Of a DNA stretch of 64,000 bases, positions 49,384 to 64,000 are shown piece by piece. The stretch lies in the NCBI RefSeq assembly GCF_009914755.1, contig NC_060932.1. One strand, written 5' to 3'. The DNA comes from the human T2T-CHM13v2.0 reference genome, Homo sapiens. The translations under genes were made by a program, and so were the position numbers. The notes under the pieces are model-generated. The model was not told the origin of the DNA and did not search any database. It worked only from the letters and a program-made list of their open reading frames with translations. How positions within the stretch are numbered: position 1 is the first letter of the stretch; every line of letters begins with the position of its first letter.

Positions 49384-50195
49384 CAGTAGACCCTTATTAT
49401 TTTTGAGTTTCCTATTTGCAAGTTTGCCTACTTGCCAAAGCTTATTTGTAACCCCAATATTAATACCCGTGAAGCTTTGGCTATCATTTGTGGACATACA
49501 TAGAGCAGGAAAAATTTGAGTTTCCCTGTGTTTACGTTCCCAGCCGAGCTTCCCAGCTGTCATGCAGAAATGGGCAGAGGATGGAGGCAGTATAAGGGCA
49601 GGGCAGTACAGTGCAGGAAGCTCCAGCTCTCCTGGGGTTTGAATCTCAGCCCTGGGGCAGCCTCATGCAGGTCACTTAGCATTTCTAGACTTCATTTTCT
49701 CTTTTGTAAAATAAAGGAAATAGACTCTACCAGGAGGAGTTGTTTTTTGGATTTAAGATTATAATATGGCCAGGGGCGGTGGCTCACACCTGTAATCCCA
49801 GCACTTTCAGAGGCTGAGGCGGGCGGATCACCTGAAGTCAGGAGTTCGAGACCAGAGTGGCCAACATGGCGAAACTCCGTCTCTACTAGAAATACAAAAA
49901 TTAGCCAGACATGGTGGTGTGTGCCTGTAGTCCCTGCCACTTGGGAGGCTGAGGCAGGAGAATTGCTTGAACCGGGAGGTGGAGGTTGCAGTGAGCCAAG
50001 ATCGTGCCACTGCACTCCAGCCTGGGTGACAGTGAGACTGTCCCAAAAAAAAGGAAAAAAAAAAAGATTATAATCTATGTGAGATGAAGATATGTATGTA
50101 TCCCCACTAGGAGGAATGGTTCAGTATTCACTAATTCATTGACGTAATTCAGGGACGTATGAAACATGACTACTATAAATAATGAAAATTGGCTA
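49384..50195. mobile_element. MER6-like TcMar-Tigger non-autonomous transposon with an Alu (49768-50065, +) inside
   Basis: TA-CAGT.. start, MER6-like left (gcctacttgccaaagcttatttgtaacccc) and right (aggaatggttcagtattcactaattc) segments, degenerate terminal inverted repeats. Confidence 0.65.
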
Positions 50196-50656
50196 TGCAT
50201 ATTTTAGAGCTGGTATATTTAATTTCTACCTTAACATCAATGATTATTATACTTCTGTGTTTCCTAAGAGAAGTGCAGTATAGTCATCATATCTGTATTT
50301 CACTGGTGTGCTGATTTTAGAACCTTATGAAGTGATAGGAAGATCACAGTTGTTCATTAGGGCAGCGGTAGAAAGTGCTAATTTGGGAAGACAGCAAAAG
50401 CAAGTGTCCAAGAACTTGTTTGGAGTGCTTTAAAAAACTGCATTGGGTCTGATTAAGTAAATTTTAGAGTCAAGTTCATAAGGTCTAGATTCAGATCCTA
50501 CAGTTGATGCCTACCATGCCATATGATAAGGCTTTCACATTTTTTTTATCTCATTTAAACCTCACAATGTTCTAAGATTTATAGTGGCTTAATAATTAAC
50601 ACCACAATTGAAATAAGCAGAAACACTATAAAATTCTCTACTGATCTCTCCCTTAA

Positions 50657-51636
<980 letters not shown>

Positions 51637-51744
51637 TGGAACTTTGCTTTTAGTTATTTATTTAGTATAGTGGCTCTCAATTTGAGTGTGTCAGAGAATT
51701 AGGATAAAAGACTGTACACAATCATGTGGATTATAGTATTAAGG

Positions 51745-52769
51745 GAGTGTCGTTTGGGCTGCTGTAACAAAATACAGGTTGAGCATTCCTAATCCAAAAA
51801 TCTGAAGTCTAAAATGCTCCAAAATCCAAAACTTTTTGAGCGCCGACATGACATGACAGGTGGAAAATTGCACATCCGACCTCATGTGATGGGTCACAGT
51901 CAGAATGAAGGCATATAACACACAGTTTATTCAGCATTCCCATGGGAAAAAAGATGTTCCCAGCCCCCTTCAGCTGTGATATAAATATTTCCAAGCACTC
52001 CCAGATTTCACCACGTAAGCACACCCACAAAGACAAATAAAATACATGTAATTTTTACTGTTAAATACTTACATGTGAGTAAGTGTAAGAAAGTGATTGC
52101 TTATCAGTAGCATATAGATTCAGAGTCAGGAAGGATGCTGATGCCAGCCAACCACAGATTGTCCACAGGGTGGCTGAGATAGTGGCACCTTTGCTTTCTG
52201 ATGGTTCAAGTATACAATGTGCAAAAAGTTTCATGCACAAATTATTAAAAATATTGTATAAAATTACCTTCAGGCTGTGTATGATAAGGCGAAAGAAGTG
52301 TAATTGAATTTTGTCTTTAGACTTGTGTTCTATCCTCAAGATATCTCATTTTATATATATACGAATATTCCAAAATCCAAAAAAATTGGAATTTGATACA
52401 CTTCTGGTCCCAGTTATTTCAGATGAGGGATACACAACCTGTATCTTACTGGGTAGCTTATAAATAACAAATGTATTTCTCACAGTTCTGAGGGCTGAAA
52501 AGTCCAAGATGAAGGAGCGGGCAGGTTTGGTGACTGGTGTGGGCCTGCCTTCTGGTTCATATACAGCACCTTTTCACTGGTTCTCACATGGTGGAAGGAG
52601 CGAGGGTCTCTGTGAGCACTCCTTTATAAGGATACTAATCTCATTCATGAAGGCTCTACCCTCATGACCTAATCGCCTCCTAAAGGCCCCACCTCCTAAT
52701 ACCATCACCTCGGGGGTTAGGATTTCAACACTGGAATTTTGGGGGACATAAGCATTCAGACCATAGCAG
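51745..52769 (-). mobile_element. MLT1A/MST-like MaLR LTR split by the Tigger4 element
   Basis: gtttgggctgctgtaacaaaata | ...gcttataaataacaaatgtatttctcacagttctg...gggggacataagcattcagaccatagca. Confidence 0.75.
51775..52441. mobile_element. Tigger4 (Zombi/MER46)-like internally deleted DNA transposon
   Basis: TIRs CAGGTTGAGCATTCCT... / ...AGGGATACACAACCTG with TA duplications at 51773-74 and 52442-43. Confidence 0.85.
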
Positions 52770-53021
52770 GGAGCTTAGATTTGAAATTCATGTTGCACCG
52801 TTTATAGGAGAAAATTTCACCTGTATCTGTTATATCCAAGGTCCTTTATATGTCATCCTGACATGATTATCTTGTGTGCTACCTACTAGCTTTGTGACCT
52901 CGAGCAAGTTAATTCACCTTCCTACGTAAGATTCCTCTTTAAAAATAAGTAGTAATAGCCACCTTACAGGGTGACTATAGGATTAAAAACATGGTCAATG
53001 TTGCCACCCAACAAATATTAG

Positions 53022-53261
<240 letters not shown>

Positions 53262-53509
53262 TAAAGAGGTGCAGTTTGCTTGTATTTTGAACTCTCGTGT
53301 CTAGTGCAGCAACAAACTGCCCTCCTTGTGGTCCTGGCTCTGCCTCCCCTACCTCTCCTCTCCTCCTCCTACTTTAGACCCTTCTCGCCTCTAGCCTGGA
53401 CTTTGGCCAGAGCTTCCTTGGGCTTGATGGCTCTCCCTTCTTCAGTTTCTCTCCCTGTCTCTTACTCGTCTTCTTACAAGTCTTTGTGAACTGTTCCTCT
53501 TTGTCTTAG

Positions 53510-54055
<546 letters not shown>

Positions 54056-54124
54056 TAGATTAGTAGCTCCTAGAAGAAATTGAGAAGTATTGACCTAATA
54101 GAATTTATTAAAAATGAAAACCAA

Positions 54125-54423
54125 GGCTGGGCATGGTGGCTCACGCCTGTAATCTCAGCACTTTGAGAGGCTGAGGTGGTCAGATTGCTTGAGCCCAGGA
54201 GTTCAAGACCAGCCTGGGCAATATGGCCTAACCTTGTCTCTACAAAAAAATCCGCAAATTAGCTGGGCGTGATGGTACATGTGTGCCTGTAGTCCCAGCT
54301 ACTTGGAAACTGAGATGGGAGGGTACCCTGAGCCAGGGGAGGTTGAGGCTGCAATGAGCTGTGATCACGCTACTGTACTCCAGCCTGGGTGACAGTGAGA
54401 CCTTGTCTAAAAAGAAAAAAAAA
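54125..54423 (+). mobile_element. Alu (AluJ-like) after POP1 exon 4
   Basis: Diverged dimeric Alu. Confidence 0.88.
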
Positions 54424-55465
54424 ACTCAGAAAACATCACCCTTATGGTTTTTGTTTTTGTTTTGCATATATTTGATTTAATCATTATCCAAACTTCTTCC
54501 CTTCAAACCAAATTCACAGGCAATTGGCTATTATGGGTGCTTTGAAATATAGGATTTGATACTCCTCTCTTGTAAGGGTGTTGAATAGTTGATGTTCCCT
54601 TCCCAGATGTTAAAAAAAAACTCTGACCCTCTTACCGAGTGGTTTTGGATCTGTGTTTCTAGGGTGTGCCCAGCTTGGGGTAGGAAGGTTAAAAAAAAGC
54701 AATGTCAATGCTTAGCATTTGCTTTCTGACTTTTTCGAAGTTGAAAACTTGAACTGGGTTTTAATTTTTGTACAAGTCTAATTGTGTTTTGGCTTCACCA
54801 GAATTCTAGACTTGAACATTCTAAGATTAAGCCCATGTCTTTACTAATTGGTTTAAAACCTATTTATTGAGCAGCCTTCTATGTACCATTGCTATGCTGG
54901 TGGTGGGGTTTGAGTTCAAGAGGGAAAACTAACAAGGAATTTTATACTTTCTAGATTTAATATAAAATCTGTTTCCCAGTGATAGCATTCAGCATGTGTA
55001 TGTCTGTAGCTTAACTGAGATGAAATGTATGGGTTTTCCTCACTTGTATTATTTTTGGTCTTAAGTTTTTGGTCTTAGTTACAATTCTACAGGTTAAAAT
55101 GACAACAAGAAGCTAGCATTTGATTTCTTCTTTCTTGCCCTCTAATACTAATAGCCATATTAAGCTTGTGTTACTGTGTTGAACATTTTATAAGTATTCT
55201 GATCTTCATATTCCATGAAACTTGCCTAGTTAGTGAGTGATGGAACTGTGCCTCCTTCCTAGGTCTCCTAGCTCTAAAACATTCACTCTTTCCATTGTCT
55301 TCCTTCTCTACTTACATTGAAGAAACTAAGTTAACAATTTAAGCAAACTAATGGGATCTATAAAATATTCCACTTAATCTAAAGTTATTTGTTTGCATTC
55401 CTGACCGTTAACTCTGTTTTGAGATTCTTACAAACTGGGATATGTCCCTCTACTTGAAACTATAG

Positions 55466-55765
<300 letters not shown>

Positions 55766-56584
55766 TAGAGGCCTTTAGAATAGTTTATGATGTGCCAAGC
55801 CCCGTTTATGTGATTATTCATTTTAAAAATAATTCCTGAGCATGAAGCCCGGGTCCTTTGCCAGATGCTGGAGATCAGGCAGCCTAAAGTTAGGGGGGTG
55901 ACTGACATTAATCAAACGATTTACCAGATATGTGGTTGTAAGGGAAAAGCATACAGTATGATGAGCATTTCTAACCTAACTGGAAGGCGTCCCCCAGAAG
56001 TGCTGTTTGAGCTGAGCTCTAAGGGATAAGATGGGAGAGGGGGAAGGCAGAAGGAAGCCAGGTGAGAGTGAAGAACTGGAATCAATTCTGTGTGACAGAG
56101 AAGAAGAGAAGGAGAACAAGGCAACATCAGGGCAAGGTTAGCCTAGAGAAAAGAGTAGGAACCAGGTCGTGCAGGTCTTGTTGATCATGTCAAGTTTTAT
56201 TCACTATAGATTAATCTAACAGTCGTTCATCAATAACAGATATTTGAGAATCAACTGTGTACCCTGAACAGGGTTCAGAATGCTGGTCTAGGTGTTTATG
56301 GGTCAGTGGGATGCTGGGAAGGATGTTTTAAATTTTAAACGCTTTGAGAGGACAGATTATGTTAGAGCCTCTTAATAGTATTTATCTGATTGCTCCCTCC
56401 TCTCAGAAGCTAATTCAGTTGCTTTCTATTTCTTCCAATACATACTTAGACATTTGTTCTTTGCAGAAGGGCCTATCTTTCAGTGGCAGAATGGCCTTGG
56501 CCAAATTTTGAAAGCCATTACTATTGGTGTCCTTTGATACCCCTTGAGAGTAATGTGGTAGAATAAGCAATACAAGAATCTTTT

Positions 56585-57310
56585 TAAAAAATTGTGGTCA
56601 AATATACATAACAAAACCATTTGACCATTTTAAGTGTATAGTTCTGTGGCATTAAGTACGTTTACGTTGTGTAATCAGTACCACCATCCATCTCCAGAAC
56701 TTTTTTATCCTTCCAAACTGAAACTCTCGACTCATTAAACACTAACTCCCATTCCTTCAGCCCCTGGCAGCCACCATTCTATTGTCTATCCAATAATTTG
56801 ATCCTATAGGTGCTTCATAGGGGTGAAATCATACAATATTTGTCTTTTTGTGACTGGCTTATTTCATTTAGCATAATGTCTTAAAATTCATCCGTGTTGT
56901 AGCATGTGTCAGAATTCCCTTCCCTTTTAAGGCTGAAGATGTATTCCATTGTAGGTATATACCGTATCTTGATTATTCATTTATCTGTCAGTGGACATTT
57001 GGCTTACTTCCACCTTTTGGCTATTGTAAATAATGCTGCTGTGAACATGGATATGCAAATATCGTTACAGTCCCTGCTTTCAGTCCTCTTGAATATATCC
57101 CCAGAAGTGTAATTGCTGGATCATATGATAATTCTATGTTAATTTTATGTTAATTTTTTGAGGTACTGCCTTACCATTTTCCATAGCAACTGTATCATTT
57201 TACATTCCCACCAGCAATACACAAGGGTTCCAATTTCTCCTCATCCTTTTCAGTACTTGTTACTTTATTTATTTATTTGATCACAGTCATTCTAATGAGT
57301 GTGAAGTGAA
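56585..57310 (-). mobile_element. L1MB-like 3' UTR fragment
   Basis: Typical text (ttgtgactggcttatttcatttagcataatg, ttccaccttttggctattgtaaataatgctgc). Confidence 0.85.
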
Positions 57311-58271
57311 TAAGAGGACCTTTTAGGAGTCTTTGATTTGAGAACTCAGCAGCAGAAATCATAGATAATAGTCAAGTTCCTCATTCACATTGAGGAAGCT
57401 GGGTTCTGGAGAGATGAAGTGACTTGCCTGGCCTCACACAGCTTGTTGGTGGCCTACATAGCACTTGGGTGGCTGATTCCCCTGGCTTGTGCTTTTTCCA
57501 CTGTCCTCTGCCAATGAGTTACTTTTCATTTTGGGCATAATTTTTGCTGAAGTTATCAGATATTTTCTCTAAAATTTGATCAGCCCTAAGTAATAAAACT
57601 AATAGCTAATAATAACAAATATTAGTGAGTGCTTAATATATGCCCTACCCTGTTTTAAATGGTTTGCATGTGTTTACTCATTTAATCCTCAGAATAGTAC
57701 GAAGTAAGGAGTTACCATTATTTCCATTTTACAGATGGGGAAACTGAGGTACAGAGAGGTTAGGTAGTTTACCCATGATCGTATGGCCAATGAGTGTTGA
57801 GGTTCAGATTTGAGCCCAGTTGCCTGACTCCAGGGTTCCACACTCTGAACCATTATTCTCTGCTGTCACTTGTTTGGGTGAGGTTCCTCTGGCCACTGAC
57901 AGCTGAGAGCTGGTCACTGGATGGGAAGATTTCTTTGTGTGAGTGATCATATTGATTGACATGCGTTGTCAGAATCATAGCTATAATTTCCCTTTTAGTT
58001 CTAGTTACTGAGTGCACTGAAATTGCTTAAAGATGCTATAGCAGAAGGGTTGGTTTGGCAGATCACTGAGCCTGATTAGAATGCTGGCTTCTCCACTTAA
58101 TGACTGTGTCTTTGTTCAAGTAACAATCTCTGTGTCACAGTGTCCTTGTCTGTCAGATAAGATAACCATACTAGGTACATCCGATTGTCAGGAAGACTAA
58201 ATGACTGTTCATGTAAGGAGTTAACTCATTGCTGGCACTCAGTAACCCTTCAATGACTATTAACTATTATA

Positions 58272-58714
58272 GGCCAGGCATGGCAGCTCATGCTTAGAAT
58301 CACAGCATTTTGGGAGGCTGAGGCAGGAGGATTGCTTGAGCCCTGGGGTTCAAGACCAGTCTGGGCAACATAGTGAGACTCTGTCTCTGCAAAAAAAAAA
58401 AAAAAAAAAAAAAATCTGGGTGTGGTGGCTCGTGCCTGTAGTCCCAGCTACCTGGGAGGCTGAGGCAGGAGGATTGCTTGAGCTCTGGGGTTCAAGACCA
58501 GTCTGGGCAACATAGTGAGACTCTGTCTCTGCAAAAAAAAAAAAAAAAAAAAAAGCTGGGTGTGGTGGCTCGTGCCTGTAGTCCCAGCTACCTGGGAGGC
58601 TGAGGCAGGAGGATTGCTTGAGCCCAGGAAGTTGAGACTTCTGTGAGCTGTGATTGCGCCTCTGTACTCTAGCACTGGCAACAGAGTGAGACCCTGTCTC
58701 AAAAACAAAACAAA
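58272..58714 (+). mobile_element. Trimeric Alu with internal ~141-nt tandem duplication
   Basis: tgggaggctgaggcaggaggattgcttgagc recurs at 58311, 58453 and 58593. Confidence 0.92.
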
Positions 58715-59402
58715 CTGTTAGAATTATTATTATAATTATTATTATGGATACTATAACTATTGAAACTTTTAACATTGATTTCATTAGCTTAGTCTGATCT
58801 CTCTTCATCTTACTTGAAATTGTATGTTATTACTTTTACTTTCTTTGTACTGTGCTTAAAGTTGCATATCATGGTCAAGACTGAGTATGGGAGAAATATG
58901 GGATGGATTAATTGCAATATTGTATCTCTAGGCTTAGTGTTAAGTAATCTTGAGGTCCTGAATTAGCTAACCAAATTGAGCAACCTGAGCATAATTTTGC
59001 AGAATTCATTACTGTTTTGCTTATTTTACTCTGGTTTCTTACCTTAGGTAGACTTTGGGGGTGAATGGTTCTCTACTTAGAGGCAACAGTTATGTACCCT
59101 CCGTAGAACCTGTCTATGAATATGGGATAAAACATAGATTACCTAAAAAGTAGGATACCGTAACTTACATTTTAAATGGAGATTCATTTTTATTTTGGTT
59201 CGGGTTGGTTTAAAAATATTTGTTAAGGTGACAGGAATGGACAGGTTTAGATATTTTTTCCACTAAACCATCGGGCAGGAGAAGGTTTAGATTTTGACTT
59301 ATGAGAACATAGCTTTAGCAATTTGTTTTGTGTCTTAGGCCTCTAAAGGTTTTGTGATACGGCTTTTGGCTTCTTAGCAGTTTTGCCTGTGTAAATTCCT
59401 AA

Positions 59403-59576
<174 letters not shown>

Positions 59577-59903
59577 TAAAGAAGTGTCTACTGTAAGCAT
59601 TTTGGAATTCAAACATATAGAAAAGTGTGTGAGACACTAATCATTCCCAATGAAAATGTTAACTTAAAAACAGTTGGGTTGGCTTTTAAATAATTTCTAA
59701 CATTGTCAAGTGTAAAGTGATAGAGTCATTTTTCTGGTGGAGTGAACTTGACAGAAAGAAACTTGAAGCTCTCATTACTCATTTAACACATATTTGTTGA
59801 GAACTTATTGTGTGCCAGGCTTTGATCTGAGCAATCCTCACAACCAAAACTTCACCTCTCCTGGAGGCAGACAGTAAATGACAGTGTGGTTATCAGGAAA
59901 TAG

Positions 59904-60146
<243 letters not shown>

Positions 60147-61185
60147 TAATCCTTCAGGTTATCTCCCGTCATTCTGAAACTGCATTTTTAATTACTGCTG
60201 GAAGTCAATACTGTAGAAATGTAAATAGTGTAAAGGTTTGTCTGATAGTCTGATATTTGTATATGGGGGGCTCTATGATTATTGAATGAAGTGAATTTTT
60301 AAAAAACTTTAAAAATTTGTATTTAAAAATGTCTAATTGACAAAAAGCAAATATATTCAAAGTATATAATATGATGATTTGATATACATGTTGTATACCA
60401 CAATCAAATAACACATCCATCACCACCCATGCTGTACATTATATCCCCGGAACTTGTTTATCAAATATAATGAAGTCAGGGCGGGGCATGGTTTCTCATG
60501 CCTGTAATCCCACCACTTTGGGAGGCTGAAGCAGTTGGATCACTTGAATCCAAGAGTTTGAGACTAGGCTGGGCAACACGGTGAAACCCTGTCTCTGCAA
60601 AAAAGACAAAAATTAGCTAGGATTGGTGGCATGCACCTGTAGTCTCAGCTACTTGGGAGGCTGAGGCGGGAGGATCACTTTGAGCCCAGGAGGCAGAGTT
60701 GCAGTGAGATGAAATCGTGCTATTGCACTCCAGCCTGGGTGACAGTGAGACCCTGTCTCGAAAAAAAAAAAAACTAATCTTGACATCTCATATTTTTAGT
60801 AAGTCATAAGCAGAAGTAGAGATAAAAACCAGCCTTATGCTAATTATTTGAAATGTTGAATTTGAACTAATGTTTCTACCATGACTGAAGTGGTTCACTA
60901 GTATCTAGGGGCTATTTGATAATGAAAAGCTATTTTTGAGTAATTCTAATGATTTTTCACACTGAATTTAGCTTAGCTTCCCTTCTTTAGCATACTCACT
61001 ACTTTAAAAAAATGTAGTCAGAGTGATCATGTTGTTTTCATAATATTTGACTAACCCTACCCCTAGCCCCAGCCCTAATTAACCCATTTGAAATTTTCAG
61101 TTTCAAAATTTTTTTTTGTTTAAAGTGGCATACACTACTCAGAACACCCAAAAAAGCTTTTTTTCAAAAATTAAAATTAAATTAA

Positions 61186-61419
<234 letters not shown>

Positions 61420-61532
61420 TGAAGCCATCCTCCTGCCTCAGCTTCCCAAAGTGCTGAGATTACAGACGTGAGCCACCACACCTGGCCTAAAAAAGCTTTT
61501 TGATGATAAATTTAATTTAAGTTAATTTGTGA

Positions 61533-61679
<147 letters not shown>

Positions 61680-61698
61680 TGAGTAGCTGAGATTATAG

Positions 61699-61875
<177 letters not shown>

Positions 61876-61956
61876 TAAAAAAAAAAACCCAACTAAATTT
61901 GTCGTAATATATTTAAATTTCAAGATTTTAAAGTGAATGTTTAAATATATTTTTAG

Positions 61957-62501
<545 letters not shown>

Positions 62502-62751
62502 TAATTTGGTAACATTTTGGGCCATGGCTTTTAGATGTTTATTTCCCTACTTATTATGCTTATTATCAAAGATTTTGTTATCTTTCACTTCTCCTAGAAG
62601 ACCACAACTAAGTGGATATGATCAGTAAACTGACTGTTCTTACTTAAATACAGACTGCTCTTGCATCTGTGAGTCTTGTAGAGGGTCTTAACTTCTGCTT
62701 CATAGGTAGGGAGTCTCTAAAATCCCTGAAATTGTGTGCCAGATTTTGTGA

Positions 62752-63075
<324 letters not shown>

Positions 63076-63121
63076 TAGTTTTAGGGGTCTAGAATCTCTA
63101 AAAAGGTTAAGAGCAGTATGT

Positions 63122-63325
63122 CTAGGGCAGCACTTCCAGTAGAGCTTTCTGTGAGGATGATGTTCCTTTGTGCTGTCCAATACGACAGCCATTAGCCACA
63201 TGTGGCAGTTGAATACTTGAATTGTGGCTAGAGTGACTGAGGAACTGAATTTATACCTTTACTTAACTTTAATTAACTAAAAATTAAATTTGAGTAGCTC
63301 TATTGGCAAGTGGCTAGCATAGAGA
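63122..63325. mobile_element. MER3-like hAT relic
   Basis: gctgtccaatacgacagccattagccacatgtggc...gtggctagagtgactgaggaactgaatttt. Confidence 0.75.
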
Positions 63326-63499
63326 CTAGATTAGGAATCTGCACCCTGGGTTCAGATCCTGTTCGTTTTCTGGTCTTAGTGCAATTAACTTTTCAATGCC
63401 TGTGCCTCTCACTGACTTGATGTGGTCAAATACGATGATAGAGCTGAACAGATTCTGAGTTTTTAGAAGAAAGATGCTTTAAAATACAAAAGCTACTTT

Positions 63500-63995
63500 T
63501 CTCCATCTTCACTGCTTCTGCTGTACTCTCAACCAGTGTTGTCTCTTGCCTGAACAATTGGGGGATCAGGAAAGGATTCTAGAGGGAACCTTAAGTTTCC
63601 TCCATCCTTCCTCCTTTTCAGCCCATTCTCCACACAAGAGGCAGAGTGATTTTTTGATAATTTATTCCCTCTTGTTGCTTCCTGATGAAAAGTTTTTGAA
63701 TAGCTTCTCATTGTAATTAAGATAAAATCCAAAGTGCTCAATGTGACCCGTGTAATCTTGTGCCTTCTTGCCTCTGAGGCCTCATTTCTCCTCACCTTCT
63801 ACACTTCAGCCACCCTGACCTTCTTTCAGGTTCTGGAATGTCAGTTCTTGTCTCCCTTAGAGCCTTTGCACCTGTTTTTTCCTTCCAACTACTGAGCATT
63901 CTGCCTCCACCACTCTTTACTTTGCTGAACCTTCCTCATTCTTCAGATTTCAGTCTCTAGCATTTCCCTCTAGCATCCTTTCCTGATCCCCCAAG
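63500..63995. mobile_element. L2 fragment
   Basis: gataaaatccaaag..., agcctttgcacctg...ttcc, cctcattcttcagatttcag resemble the L2 3' region. Confidence 0.6.
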
Positions 63996-64000
63996 TTAAA

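Overview
Alu-dense primate genomic DNA; I recognise the encoded proteins as the human ERICH5 (C8orf47) - RIDA (HRSP12/UK114) - POP1 locus. It contains: (i) the last two coding exons of ERICH5 on + (exon 1 is not in the window; 954-nt exon 14523-15476, terminal exon from 18716, stop at 18828); (ii) the complete six-exon RIDA gene on - (137 aa, ATG at 42586, stop at 28334); and (iii) the first nine exons of POP1 on + (non-coding exon 1, ATG at 48826, 454 codons in the window, continuing beyond it). All coding-exon phases and GT-AG sites were checked by hand and join in frame. RIDA and POP1 sit head-to-head on one CpG island carrying GC-box, ZNF143, E-box and NRF1 motifs. The rest is roughly 60 Alu copies or fragments plus old L1, L2, MIR, MaLR LTR and DNA-transposon relics and microsatellites. 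Nearly all entries in the ORF track are Alu or simple-repeat artefacts. I found no RNA genes or CRISPR arrays, and no demonstrably new system. The best leads are: the shared promoter of two genes reported to act in one m6A-RNA cleavage pathway; a recursive-splice-like AG|GTGAG at the ERICH5 last exon with an in-frame route to POP1; a TSS-dependent uORF overlapping the POP1 start; a 40-aa internal repeat in ERICH5; and a recently duplicated trimeric Alu. Repeat family names come from memory of consensus sequences and their boundaries are approximate.
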